Shown here: positions 42,599 to 53,133 of the stretch, piece after piece
Position numbering within the stretch: the first letter of the stretch is position 1
Layout of the letters: every line of letters starts with the position of its first letter
NCBI GenBank assembly: GCA_964291655.2
Contig: OZ219801.1
Span: 512,001 to 576,000, forward strand
Origin: Chloroflexota bacterium
GTDB taxonomy: Bacteria > Chloroflexota > UBA11872 > VXOZ01
Direction: 5' to 3'
DNA: 64,000 nucleotides
Position numbers and translations under genes: made by a program
Notes under the pieces: model-generated
Database searches by the model: none
The model's input: the letters and a program-made list of their open reading frames with translations, nothing else
Told to the model about the DNA's origin: nothing

Positions 42599-43639
42599 GT
42601 GCGGCGTGTTGAATTGTCCGGCACTCCTTACGAGATGGGTCTGCAGCATGGCACTGCCTGCGCTGAGGCCATCAATACCGCGATTGAGCGAGTAGTCTTT
42701 GGGTCAAGTGTCGCTGCTGCTCACCGTGCACGTGTCGTCCAACAGATGGAGCGCAACGTCGATCGGATCTTCCCTGAGGCGCTCGAAGAGATACAAGGCA
42801 TCGCTGACGGCGCGAGTCTCAAGAGCGAAGACATCCTGGCGTACACGTCGTGTATGGAAGTCGGTCGCAGCGCGGTGGGCTGCACCAACGTTGCCCTGCA
42901 CACAACAGATCACGGCGTCGTGCACTACAAGTCGAATGACGTGGGCAAGGAGTCTCTTGGGTCGTATATCTTCTGGGATATCCGGCCTGATAAAGGCCAT
43001 CCCCTCATATGCGTTTCAGGGCCGGGTGCGCCGTGGATGGGACCGGGCCCCAACGATACCGGCCTTACTTTTGGCGGCAGCAGCATTATGAACACCGACC
43101 AGGACTGGGAACGCGGCATCCCCACCAATCTCCTGCAGCGCTACCTCTTGCAGTACTGCGCGGACGTAGACGAGGGCATTGCGCTCTGTGAGAGTACGCC
43201 GGTGATGAACCACGGCATGAATGTCATGCTGACAGATCCGGCAGAGAACGCGGTAGTGGTGGAACGGTCTGCCACGCGCATGGCCGTACGCCGCATGGAA
43301 GACGACGCTATCTGGTGCGCAAACCACTACGTAACACCGGAAATGCTGCCAGTGGACAACCGGTCAAACGCCGACTTTCGCGCGAACAGTGAGGGCCGCA
43401 CAGCCCTGCTAGCGGCGCTCACCGCTGAAGAGGAACCCCACACCCTTGAGCAAGTGACACGTATCGCGCGCGCTCACGCCGATCCGGTCTCACTCTGCCA
43501 ACACGGGCCGATGCACAGCGTCTTCGGCCTCATCATGGTCTCTCGCGACCGCACGCTGCTCGTAAGCGACGGTTACCCCTGCCAGAATGAACTAGAGATG
43601 CTGAAATTCGACGCCCAAGCGACCGCAATCGCGAATTGA
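42599..43639 (+). CDS. C45-family autoproteolytic Ntn acyltransferase/hydrolase
   Basis: LSGTPYEMGLQHG, EEIQGIA.G, G|CT cleavage site, G.N..GL, ANHY, S..R. Confidence 0.85.
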   Translation: MRRVELSGTPYEMGLQHGTACAEAINTAIERVVFGSSVAAAHRARVVQQMERNVDRIFPEALEEIQGIADGASLKSEDILAYTSCMEVGRSAVGCTNVALHTTDHGVVHYKSNDVGKESLGSYIFWDIRPDKGHPLICVSGPGAPWMGPGPNDTGLTFGGSSIMNTDQDWERGIPTNLLQRYLLQYCADVDEGIALCESTPVMNHGMNVMLTDPAENAVVVERSATRMAVRRMEDDAIWCANHYVTPEMLPVDNRSNADFRANSEGRTALLAALTAEEEPHTLEQVTRIARAHADPVSLCQHGPMHSVFGLIMVSRDRTLLVSDGYPCQNELEMLKFDAQATAIAN

Positions 43640-43649
43640 GGAAGCACTC

Positions 43650-45485
43650 ATGAATCAGCCGATCTTGCTCCTGCATGCCGACCATGCGCTCACCACGCCG
43701 GTAAGTGCAGAGATCCTCCGTTGCGAGGGTTTTCCCTGGCTAGAGGCGAAATCTGCGGCATCTTTCGTAGATGCGCCGCCGGATGTCGAACTCATTGTTG
43801 TCGCAGGCAGCGGCATGGGTAACGAGACCGCGGAGCGCCTCGCTGCCGCAGTAGCAGGTGGCACATCTCTCATTGCCCTGGCTCCCGATCCCGCCCTGCT
43901 GACCGCCCTTGGCGTCACGGCAGGAGAGCAAGTAACGGATGCGTGGCTCACGGTACGGCAACTCCCCCAATGGGAACACGGGAGCCTGCCTCTGCTCTGC
44001 CCGGATGCCATTTCACGGACTTTGAGCGGCGGCGAGACCGTTGCTGAGTTGCGGGATGCCGAAGGCAGCCTGCTCGGCGCGGGCATCGTGGAAGTAAGGC
44101 TAGGTGAAGGCAAGGCGTGGCTCTACGGCTATGACCTCTGCCAGGCCGTCGTCACCTTTCGGCACGGTGACGGAGACCTGCACGAGCGACCGCTGCAAGA
44201 CATGGGACCGCTAAAGGGTCCGCGCCATCTCTACAGCTTCTTCGAGCTTTCCGAGAAAACTACCCGCGATATCCCCGTGGCGGACGTCCATCAAGACATC
44301 CTGCGCACTCTAGTGGCGGAAGCACTGTCCAACACGCCATTGCCTCGACTCTGGTACTTCCCCGAAGCGGCTCCGGCCTTGTGGTTCATCAAGGGCGACG
44401 GCTGCGGCGAAAACGGCGCGCCCGTGTTAGTAGACATTGTGGAGTCGTATGGCGCGTTGCTCACCTTCTACCGGGCGCCCTTCAGCCGCTATGAGGGCGA
44501 CCTGATGAAAGAATGGCACGCGCGCGGGCATGCCGTTTCCATAGAAGTGGACCTTACGAGCATCACGCAATACACCGTGCAGGAAAACGGCACGCAGGCG
44601 CGTTACGGCCGCACGCCGGAAGACCTGAATGAAAACTACCTGCCCGCGCTCCGCGCGAATCTGCAGGAATCATGGGATGTTTTCCGCCGGGAGACCGGTC
44701 TCGACGTGGAAACAATTTGCAGCCACGGCTGTCAGTGGACCGGCCACCCGCTGTTGCAGATAATGCTGGACTTTGGCTGGTATACGCCCACACACTTTGC
44801 CTCCCACGATCCCCGCATGCGGCGGGACGAAAACTACGGCCCCTACATGATCGGCACCGGTTTGTGCATGCCGTACTTCCAGCACGGCGTGGGCATTACC
44901 GATATGTGGCACATGCCCGCGCAATGGGACGAAAGCCAGACCATTGGGCGGCACGAGGACCTGTTGGCCGGCCCCATGGCAGCAACACCCGATCGGGTCG
45001 AAGGCATGGTGGGTCTCACCTCAGAAGAGTATGGCGTGGAGCTCGCGCGCTTTGCCGAATCCGCGGCCACGCGCTGGCACGTGATGCAGATCGCAAACTT
45101 CCATCCCGTCTACGCCGCGGGGCCCCAGGACCACGTAAGAGCGTCGCGCCATGCGCTGGAGTTGGGCATGGAAGGCGCGATTGCGGCCGGCTGCCGCTTT
45201 GAAAACCAAGAGAACTACTCCAGCTTTTCGCGGGCGCGTGCAGGCGTACGCATGACTGAGTCATATTCCCAGGGCGATACCCACTTCATCACGCTCGAAT
45301 CCGGCGCGGACATTTCAGGACTGTCACTCATGCTGCCTGACAACGTTGCCTCTGTGCAGGACAAGAGCACCGGCGCGGCCTTGCCCATCCAGCAGGCAAC
45401 TCTGGAGAGTCGTCGCCAACGTGCAGTGAACATCAGTCTATCGGCGGCAACACCGAAGACTTTGTGCCTCCAACCGAGGTCTTAG
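43650..45485 (+). CDS. hypothetical protein with a polysaccharide-deacetylase-like core
   Basis: Long ORF in an operon; PRLWYFP, IKGDG, WHARGH.VS, SHG.QW, NFHP resemble NodB-like barrels. Confidence 0.55.
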   Translation: MNQPILLLHADHALTTPVSAEILRCEGFPWLEAKSAASFVDAPPDVELIVVAGSGMGNETAERLAAAVAGGTSLIALAPDPALLTALGVTAGEQVTDAWLTVRQLPQWEHGSLPLLCPDAISRTLSGGETVAELRDAEGSLLGAGIVEVRLGEGKAWLYGYDLCQAVVTFRHGDGDLHERPLQDMGPLKGPRHLYSFFELSEKTTRDIPVADVHQDILRTLVAEALSNTPLPRLWYFPEAAPALWFIKGDGCGENGAPVLVDIVESYGALLTFYRAPFSRYEGDLMKEWHARGHAVSIEVDLTSITQYTVQENGTQARYGRTPEDLNENYLPALRANLQESWDVFRRETGLDVETICSHGCQWTGHPLLQIMLDFGWYTPTHFASHDPRMRRDENYGPYMIGTGLCMPYFQHGVGITDMWHMPAQWDESQTIGRHEDLLAGPMAATPDRVEGMVGLTSEEYGVELARFAESAATRWHVMQIANFHPVYAAGPQDHVRASRHALELGMEGAIAAGCRFENQENYSSFSRARAGVRMTESYSQGDTHFITLESGADISGLSLMLPDNVASVQDKSTGAALPIQQATLESRRQRAVNISLSAATPKTLCLQPRS

Positions 45486-45819
45486 CGATCTGCGCCCAAA
45501 GAAGCGGCTATACCGGCAAAGAAACTCGCCGTGCATGCCGTCCTCTCTCCTCTTGAACTGCATGGAACGAATTCTTGTCCTTCAGGTCCGCTAAGACTGA
45601 GCCGATGTGCAGTCGACGTGTAAGAAGCGTTCGGATTAAACGGCGGTTCCAGCTCAACCCAGTGCCAATTCTTGCTGCATGTTACCGCTGGGAACGCAGA
45701 GCCAACCTGCCAAACTGCGACTCTCACACCTGGCAACTGTCTGAGGCTTGAACGCGACGTGGCACCTTGCCAGTTGGGAAACATGCGTCTGTGCCCATTT
45801 GCGTTTGCAAAATGGCGGT

Positions 45820-48735
45820 TCACGTCATCTGCCGCTGCACCAGGTCGCGGAATGGCCCTTCGGTCTGGTAGAGCGCAATGAAGCTGCCTTCCTGGACGAC
45901 GCGTCCCTGGTGGAGTACATAAATGCGCTGGGCTTTGCGGATGGTGGAGAGCCGGTGGGCGATTACGATGCGGGTAGCGGCAAGGCTCTCGATGCCCTCC
46001 ATAACCTGGGCCTGGCTATTCGCGTCGAGCCAACTGGTGGCTTCATCGAGGAACACGATGCGTGGGTTGCGTACGAGCGCCGCCGCGATCCTGATGCGTT
46101 GCACCTGCCCGCCGGAGAATGTCGAAGAACTGTCGCCCACGGCGGTAAACATCTGCATTGGCATTTCGGCGATGTCACAGTCCACGGCGGCGAGCTTGGC
46201 TGCCCGCCAGGCATCATCTAACGTCAAGTCATCGCCAATGCCGATGATGTTGTCGAGCAAATTACCGGGCTTGAGGGAGCCGTCCTGCGTCACGACGCCG
46301 ATCTGGCGCCCAACCGACCTGCGATCGAGATTCGTTAGGTCGCGGCCGTCGAAGTAGATGCCTCCGGCAGAAGGTTCTTCAAGACCCAAAGCAAGCCGCA
46401 ACAAGGTGCTCTTGCCCGCGCCGGACTCGCCGACGATCGCGATGAATTCGCCGGGACGGGCGCGAATTGAAACATCATCGATGATTTTAGGCCCATCCTT
46501 AGTGTACTGAAAACTCACGTGGTCGAAGCGAATGTCACCACTGAGTACCGCCGGGGCGGCCGGCGCCGGGCGGCTATCCGGGACCGCGGCGAGAATCGGC
46601 TTAATCTGTTCGTATACCGGCACCACTGCGGCAATGGCTTCAAGCGAGTAACCCAGCCCGATGATTGACGCATAGAGCGTAATGGAAACCGCATAGACGA
46701 CGAGGAAGCTCCCTAAGGCCAGTTGGTCGGGCCCCCTCCAAAGTGCGGCCCCGAAGAGGGCTGCGCCTGTGAAGGCCGGCATAGCGGCGCTGAACGCAAC
46801 CAGGTGTTCGTTCAGCTTGCTGATTTGCAACTGGGCGAGTTGCTGCTCTCGGTAGCCGCGCGCCCACGAGGCGAAAGCCGACGATTCCGCGCCTGCAGAA
46901 CGCAATTTGCTGATGCCATTGATGAACTGGAAGAGCTCCCCGGCGAGATGCCGCGATGCGGCGTAGAAGCGGCGCTGGGGCTGAATCTGCAACAAGCCTA
47001 TAGCACAGATTGCGGTTAAGGAGACGAGCCCGATCCCGAGACTCAGCCAGGCCAGGGCGGCGTCGTAGAGAAAAAGCAGGGCAAGCATCGGCAGCAGAAA
47101 CAAGAACGAAGTAAGGGCATGAGCAACAACCCCCGAGACCTGATCCCGCAGCACTTGAACCGCCGACATCCGCACCGCAAGCTCTCCAGCAGTAGAATCT
47201 CTGAAGAAGCTTGTCGGCAGTCCAATCAAGCGGTCCCAAAGTGCTGCACCCAGGCGTGCCGTGGCCCGGCCTTCCAGACGCATCATTGCGGTACCGCGCA
47301 GGACTTGAAGTAGAGTGCCCACAATGGCAAGAGCAGTCAATGCGATGACTACCTGAGCTAGCATGCTGTCTACGGCTGCCGGAAGAATCCAATCCGCCAG
47401 TAACCCAAACGCTAGCGCGGGAGCAAGCACCAGAAGGCTGGCGAGAATGCCCGCAATCGCAAACTGCGCAAGATCACTGGCAATGCCCTTTGTGGCAAGG
47501 CTAATGATGTCCTTTGAGTCCGCCGGTCTGTCATGCGGCAGAGGCCGGTAGAATAGCCATGCGTCCTCTTGAATAGCGTTTGCCCGCCTTGCGTTTAGGC
47601 GGTCCGACCGCCCCGCAACCGGGTCTACCTCGCGGTAGCGGCCGTGCATGCGAGGCAGCAGGGCTACCGGGCGGCCGTCTTCTTGCCGGTATCCCAGCAT
47701 GGCGCCGCTGTCTCCTACCCACCAGCGGTCTTCGACAGATAGATGCACCTTGCGGCTGCGCACACCTGATGTTTGCAGTATTTCTTGCAGGGTTAGTTCT
47801 TCATCGACCGTGACCCGTCGTCGCGCCGGAAGGCGAAATTCAATTCCTTCGTGCTTGCCGATCACTTCAAGCACCGCCAACAGACCGGAATCACCAGTGG
47901 CGGTCTTCGGTGCGGAGGATCCGAGCACGCTGAAGAGATTGTGTCTGGCGCGTTCCTCGTCCCGACGACGGTAGGTGGAACGGGCCGTCTGTTCGTTTGC
48001 CTCGTCAGCTACCAGGAGAAGGCGATTGATTTGCTCCGCGCCTAGGGCGAGCTTGTGGAATTCCGCGAGGGAAGGCAACAGTGCGCCTTCATCGAACATC
48101 GCCCGTGAGGTCAAACCGGTAATTCGATTCGTGCTCTGCAATGTTATCCACGTCTCTGCAGTGAGCGGGACGAAGCCGGTGCCTTCCGGATCTCGCTCTT
48201 CGGTGCCTAAGAATGCTGCATCGACGCTGCCGACGTCGACCCACACTACCCCGCCCGGCCGGGCGGATAGAACGCTGCCGACCGCGGCGTCCAGCGAGTC
48301 TTCCGGACTCTTGGGGTCAAACAGCACATCGGGACGGGGACGCGGCTCAATGACTTTTGCCACGGCGGCTGCGAACTCCGTGAGCCAAGCATCGACCTGC
48401 CCGGACATTTGCTCTGCAATATCATATTTCAGCAATTCACTCAGAACGACGCGACGCAGCCGGCAATCCGGCATGCCCTTGGCGACTGGAACCAATGCTC
48501 CACTCTCTCCAACTCCAAACACAAGACGGCCGTCACCGGCGCGCAGCAGGTGTTTAGCGTGAGATGACTGCTCTTGTCCTTGGTACTCGACAAGAAATAC
48601 ATCGAGCACGCCGCTCTCGACGAACCAGGCGATCTTGGGATCATCCAAGCGGATGGGGCGATTACCGGCGACGGACACTGACTCACCGAGCTCAATTGCG
48701 AGCTCGCCGAGCCGTTGGACTCGTCTCGATGTCAT
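45820..48735 (-). CDS. NHLP-type bacteriocin ABC transporter, permease/ATPase with N-terminal cNMP-like and degenerate C39-like regions
   Basis: LDDPKIAWFVESG.LDVF, W...DSGAMLG, FYRPLP, GESGAGKST, FSGGQVQR, LDEATS.LD, IAHRLSTI; matches the TIGR03797-type architecture. Confidence 0.9.
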   Translation of the reverse strand: MTSRRVQRLGELAIELGESVSVAGNRPIRLDDPKIAWFVESGVLDVFLVEYQGQEQSSHAKHLLRAGDGRLVFGVGESGALVPVAKGMPDCRLRRVVLSELLKYDIAEQMSGQVDAWLTEFAAAVAKVIEPRPRPDVLFDPKSPEDSLDAAVGSVLSARPGGVVWVDVGSVDAAFLGTEERDPEGTGFVPLTAETWITLQSTNRITGLTSRAMFDEGALLPSLAEFHKLALGAEQINRLLLVADEANEQTARSTYRRRDEERARHNLFSVLGSSAPKTATGDSGLLAVLEVIGKHEGIEFRLPARRRVTVDEELTLQEILQTSGVRSRKVHLSVEDRWWVGDSGAMLGYRQEDGRPVALLPRMHGRYREVDPVAGRSDRLNARRANAIQEDAWLFYRPLPHDRPADSKDIISLATKGIASDLAQFAIAGILASLLVLAPALAFGLLADWILPAAVDSMLAQVVIALTALAIVGTLLQVLRGTAMMRLEGRATARLGAALWDRLIGLPTSFFRDSTAGELAVRMSAVQVLRDQVSGVVAHALTSFLFLLPMLALLFLYDAALAWLSLGIGLVSLTAICAIGLLQIQPQRRFYAASRHLAGELFQFINGISKLRSAGAESSAFASWARGYREQQLAQLQISKLNEHLVAFSAAMPAFTGAALFGAALWRGPDQLALGSFLVVYAVSITLYASIIGLGYSLEAIAAVVPVYEQIKPILAAVPDSRPAPAAPAVLSGDIRFDHVSFQYTKDGPKIIDDVSIRARPGEFIAIVGESGAGKSTLLRLALGLEEPSAGGIYFDGRDLTNLDRRSVGRQIGVVTQDGSLKPGNLLDNIIGIGDDLTLDDAWRAAKLAAVDCDIAEMPMQMFTAVGDSSSTFSGGQVQRIRIAAALVRNPRIVFLDEATSWLDANSQAQVMEGIESLAATRIVIAHRLSTIRKAQRIYVLHQGRVVQEGSFIALYQTEGPFRDLVQRQMT

Positions 48736-48766
48736 GAGTTGCTCTTCTGATGCAAGGCATACACGG

Positions 48767-50979
48767 CTATTGCGCCTGAATTAGCTTGTAGTACAAGCCT
48801 GTCTTGGCGGCGATGAGTTCCTCGTGGGTACCCCGCTGAATCTCCTGACCGCGATCGAGCACAATTATCTGATCGCAATCGCGGATAGTGCTCAGACGGT
48901 GGGCAACGATCAAGCTGGTACATCCACGCCGCCGCAGATTGTGATCGATGCGCATCTCACTCACTGCATCGAGCGTACTGGTAGCTTCATCCAGAAACAG
49001 CACTGAAGGGTTGTCCACTAGGGCACGAGCGATCTCCATGCGTTGGCGTTGACCGCCGCTGAAATTCGTGCCCCCTTCTTCCACATTAGAGTCATAGCCG
49101 GACTGGCGGCTCATAATCTCGCTGTGAATTAAAGCGTCCTGAGCAGCGGCGACCACCTGTTCGTCAGGCGCAGTTGGGTTCCACATCGTAAGATTGTCAC
49201 GCACTGACGCAGCAAACAGGAATGTCTGCTGATCGACGATTGAGACCGAACGAGTGAGTATCTCGCGGGATATTTGGTTGCGCGGCACCCCATCAAAGCG
49301 TATTTCACCCGACCACGGTGTATATTCGCCGCTAACCAGCTTGAGCAGCGTCGATTTGCCGGAACCGGTGGGGCCGACCAATGCTACCCGCTGGCCGGGT
49401 GCAATAGTTAGGTTAATGTTCTCTATGAGCGGCGGACGATTGGGACGATAGCCAAATGTGACATTGCGCAACTCGATGCTCCCTGCTAAACGCAAGCGCC
49501 CTCCCAGGGTGGAGACTCTGCCGCGCTCAGAATTGGTTGACACTGCAAGCGCAGGGTCTTCAGGCGTGTCTAGAACGTCGTTGATGCGCCGCAGATCTGC
49601 CTCCAAAATCTGAAAGGCGTCCGTAAACTGAACGAACCGGCTTATGGGCTGAAGGAAACTGCCTGAAACCACATAGAATCCCATTAGCATGCCAATTGTC
49701 ATTTCGCCTGACATGACTTGCCAACCGCCGACGCCCAAGACTGTTACGCCGCTCAGGACTATGAAGAACCTTGGGAGCGATGCAATTATTGAGCCGAGTT
49801 CTGCGAATTCTGCCGAGCAACGAGCTCCCGGGCTTGATATCCCGTCCAGCGAGCGAAGAAATCATCCTCCGAAGCTGTTGCGCGCAGCGTCTCTATGTCT
49901 CGTACAACCGACGATCCGGTACCAAAGAGTAATGCCTGTTCGCGCCGCAACTGGCGATTCTCGTCGGTGCGCAGACGGCTGAGTATGCGCATGACAACAA
50001 GGTTCGCAATTCCCAAGCCAGCAATGAGCGCGGCCAGCAACGGATTGAAGATAACCATCAACACCAAGAACAGGCCACTCATGACGAGCTCAATCATGAT
50101 GCCGACGAACTGCCGCGACGAGCCGCTGGCAACATCATTGATCAACTGAACGCGGGATGTTAGGTCTCCGGCATAGCGGTGCGCAAAAAAACCTACGGGT
50201 AGACGGAAGAGACGCGACAGCATGCGCTCCGCATGAACTACCGATAATCGAATAGAGAGTCTGCGCAACGAGTGTTGCTGGAGCCAAGTGAGGAGGTATA
50301 CAAGCACACCGGTCGCAACGGCGGCGGCTACAAGGTACACACCCCAATTTCTCTCCGATCCACGCAGGACATAGTCGACAAATATGCTCAAGAGGATGGG
50401 GAGAGAGAGACCGGGCAACGCAAGCAGGATCCCGCACGCGGCGACAAACGCGAGCGGAGACCTAACGTCACGTAACCAGTGCCAAAGCTCGCGCACGACG
50501 CCGGGCGGAGACCCCCCCGTGCGAAAGTTTGGTCCCGGCTTCGCCGTGAGCACCACGCCGGTGAAAGATCGGTCGAGTGTCTCTTCACTCACGGTGCGAC
50601 GGCCATTGGCCGGGTCATTGAGGTAGAAACGTCCTCTGGCTATCCTTTCAAGAACCAAGAAGTGATTGAAATCCCAGAAGAGAATTGCAGGCAACGCTAT
50701 GTCTTGCAATTCGCTGACCTGTTTGCGCCAGCCTGAGACTTCTAAATCGAACTTCCTGGCGGCTCTCACGATGTCCGCGGCGCTCGTGCCGTCTCGGCTC
50801 ACTCCACATGCGTCGCGCAGTTCTTCGATGGGTACCCAGCGGCCGAAGTGAGCAAGCAAAATGCCCAAACAGGCAGCACCGCACTCGGATGTCTCAAGCT
50901 GTGGGAACAGTGGCGTGTGTACGCGTTTTCTCGCAGTTGTCTTCGCTTGGCTTGCAGGCATCTTCCCCAGCCGCCTCAA
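48767..50979 (-). CDS. NHLP-type C39 peptidase/ABC transporter, split by a 1-nt frameshift near 49808
   Basis: Q.ETSECGAACL, FNHFLV, NDPA catalytic triad; GPTGSGKST, FSGGQRQR, DEATS. Restoring one base at CAG AA- TTC gives a continuous RQxFAELGSIIASLP...GGWQVM. Confidence 0.88.
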
Positions 50980-51869
50980 TTGGTACCGAGCGAGATTAGG
51001 AGGCGTGCCGGTGAAACCTCACGCAGGATTATCCGCATCTCGCACGGATATCCATCCGCCATGGGAGAGGAAATCCTCTCGTTCAGGGTCAAGCTAACCA
51101 TGTGGCCGCGTGCCAGGGCGGGAAGTCCGAGAGCTGCGAGCCAATGGGGAGGTGTGACCGCTTGCGCCGAAACGTAGCTCACCTCAGCTTCCAACGCATC
51201 CGCACCTTCCTGGTATTGGGCCAAAGCCAGGACCTGCGCTTCCATGCCGACCGCAAGACGCCTCGCATTCTCCGGCAACACCATTGCGATCGCCTCAAGC
51301 TCATTCCCGGCATCAACTCGGACACTTGCCACTGTGGCGCCAGCCGCTACCGCCTGACCGAGTGACAAGCTGACGGCCGCAATGACACCGGCGAAGGGTG
51401 TTGCAAGGAACTGACCGGCCGCCTCGAGTGCTTCCAGCTCGATCAACTCCGCACGGGCCGCATCGAGGGCATCGGGAGGCTTTTCGTCTGCACTCTCCAG
51501 AATCTCAACCCGGGAGCGGGCAATTGAGATCTCGCGCCCGAGCTCGGGAATTCGGAGCCGGGCAATTGGCTGCCCTGCTTCCACTTTGTCGCCAACGCCT
51601 ACGAGGAGTTCGACGACAATGCCGGAAGATTCTGCGTTCACGACAAAGCGGTCGCCGGCTTGCGCGAGCATGCATCGTGCCGAGACACTCTCTTCAATGC
51701 TGCCGAAGAGGCCCCAAGCTACAAACCCCAGCATGGCAATACCCAGGCAGACCAACAAGATCCATTCGTGGGGCGCCGTAACACGCAATAGGCCGTTGAG
51801 GGGCTCTGTTTTCCCTCTGCGCGCAAAGGCTTCCTCGCGAAAGAGACGCTGCTTGTTCGTCAACGTCAC
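50976..51869 (-). CDS. NHLP bacteriocin secretion accessory protein (HlyD/MFP family)
   Basis: LFREEAF...PL..LLRVTAP..W, WGLFGSI, SSG.V..L.V..GD.V..GQ.IA, PARLLI; TIGR03794-like. Confidence 0.88.
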   Translation of the reverse strand: MTLTNKQRLFREEAFARRGKTEPLNGLLRVTAPHEWILLVCLGIAMLGFVAWGLFGSIEESVSARCMLAQAGDRFVVNAESSGIVVELLVGVGDKVEAGQPIARLRIPELGREISIARSRVEILESADEKPPDALDAARAELIELEALEAAGQFLATPFAGVIAAVSLSLGQAVAAGATVASVRVDAGNELEAIAMVLPENARRLAVGMEAQVLALAQYQEGADALEAEVSYVSAQAVTPPHWLAALGLPALARGHMVSLTLNERISSPMADGYPCEMRIILREVSPARLLISLGTN

Positions 51870-52322
51870 TGCTCCAAGCTTTCCAGATAGGGCTATTCCC
51901 GGTTGAAGGTTATTCTATCGCAATGCCAGAGCTAATTGAAATGACGAGAACACGGTACCTGTGTATCCCCGGCGCGCCTTGCAGGCTCGAGCCCAACCTC
52001 AGATTCTCAGGTGAGGAAGAGGCCAACGTTTAGCCCGCTGCAATTGCCTGAGAAGATGCAAAAGCAGCGGGCTTTAGAACGAAACGGGTAATGGTCGCTG
52101 AACATGCAATAAGCCGGTTTGCCCTGATACAGCTGGTGCCAAGTAGCGCCCCACGCGCTGTTGTGAATTAGCCGCTGCGACTACTCTTGACCAGCACCTC
52201 TATGCTGGAAGCGTCACGGTCTTCGCCCCACGGATGCCCTGCCCCCAACTGGCCGGCGGCACGAAGCCGAAGCACTGGCATTCCCACTTAAGACGAACCA
52301 AGCAATGGCCCGACACCTGAAC

Positions 52323-52366
52323 AAAAAACAGGTACGATGGACCATTCACAGAGCCCATCGTACCTG
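52323..52366 (-). terminator. rho-independent terminator immediately after the precursor gene
   Basis: Minus strand: CAGGTACGATGG-loop-CCATCGTACCTG followed by TTTTTT. Confidence 0.8.
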
Positions 52367-52389
52367 ACATGCACTAGCTAAAGAAGAGT

Positions 52390-52584
52390 CTACGAGTTTG
52401 GATCGTTCCACCAACCGTTACCGGACTTGTCGTCGGTATCCTGCGGACCCTGGTCATCGCCGGCCCCGACTCCGCCTACGGCATCGTCCATCTCGTCCTC
52501 GGTCAATTCGCCACTGGAAGGTTCCACTTGTTCCGCTTCGGCAGCCGTGGTTTCCTCAGTGGAAGCAGACTTCTCTTTACTCAT
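52390..52584 (-). CDS. double-glycine leader peptide precursor (64 aa)
   Basis: ELTEDEMDDAVGG| with L(-12), E(-8), M(-7), A(-4), GG; GGAGG RBS 9 nt upstream; own terminator; directly upstream of the C39 exporter cassette. Confidence 0.85.
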   Translation of the reverse strand: MSKEKSASTEETTAAEAEQVEPSSGELTEDEMDDAVGGVGAGDDQGPQDTDDKSGNGWWNDPNS

Positions 52585-53133
52585 TTTGGGTTCCTCCGCA
52601 CAAACGCTTTACAAAGTCCTCAGCACCCTAACCGACTGTTACTGATGTCCCATGTTGCGCCAAAGCGCCTCAGGGCAAATTCTCGCCAATGCAACACCAC
52701 ATCACCACAAAGTCTCACAAGCATCCAAATCAAAGGCGGCTGCTCAAGAGAATCGTTGGTAGAGTAACCTCCTTTGGCATCTCTAAATGTCTCCCGGTGT
52801 TGACGTTAGGGACGATCATCTTCGATCGCAACCGTATGTTATAGCACACTTAGCTACTCGTCAAGCCTGTTACACAGTCTACCCGTGATTGTCATGTACC
52901 TCTGTACTCGTCTAGGAGGTGGTAAAGCACCTGGCTTTTTGGCAATTGTCCTGTAAAAAGAGAGTTGGGTGCGATGGCTTTGGGATGAAGCAGTAACTCT
53001 ACGAGGGAGACTAGTTGGAAAACTATGAATGCGCGCATTGCTCTATACACTAGCTTCGCTCAAGCTGACGGCCACCTTGAGCGTGTGAACTACACCCGTG
53101 CTCTGTTGACATCTTGCTGCTGATCTCGCAGAC

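Noticed and set aside
52731-52780. Mini-ORF MPKEVTLPTILLSSRL (minus strand) as a second precursor
   Set aside because: No double-Gly motif, only 16 aa, no supporting context.
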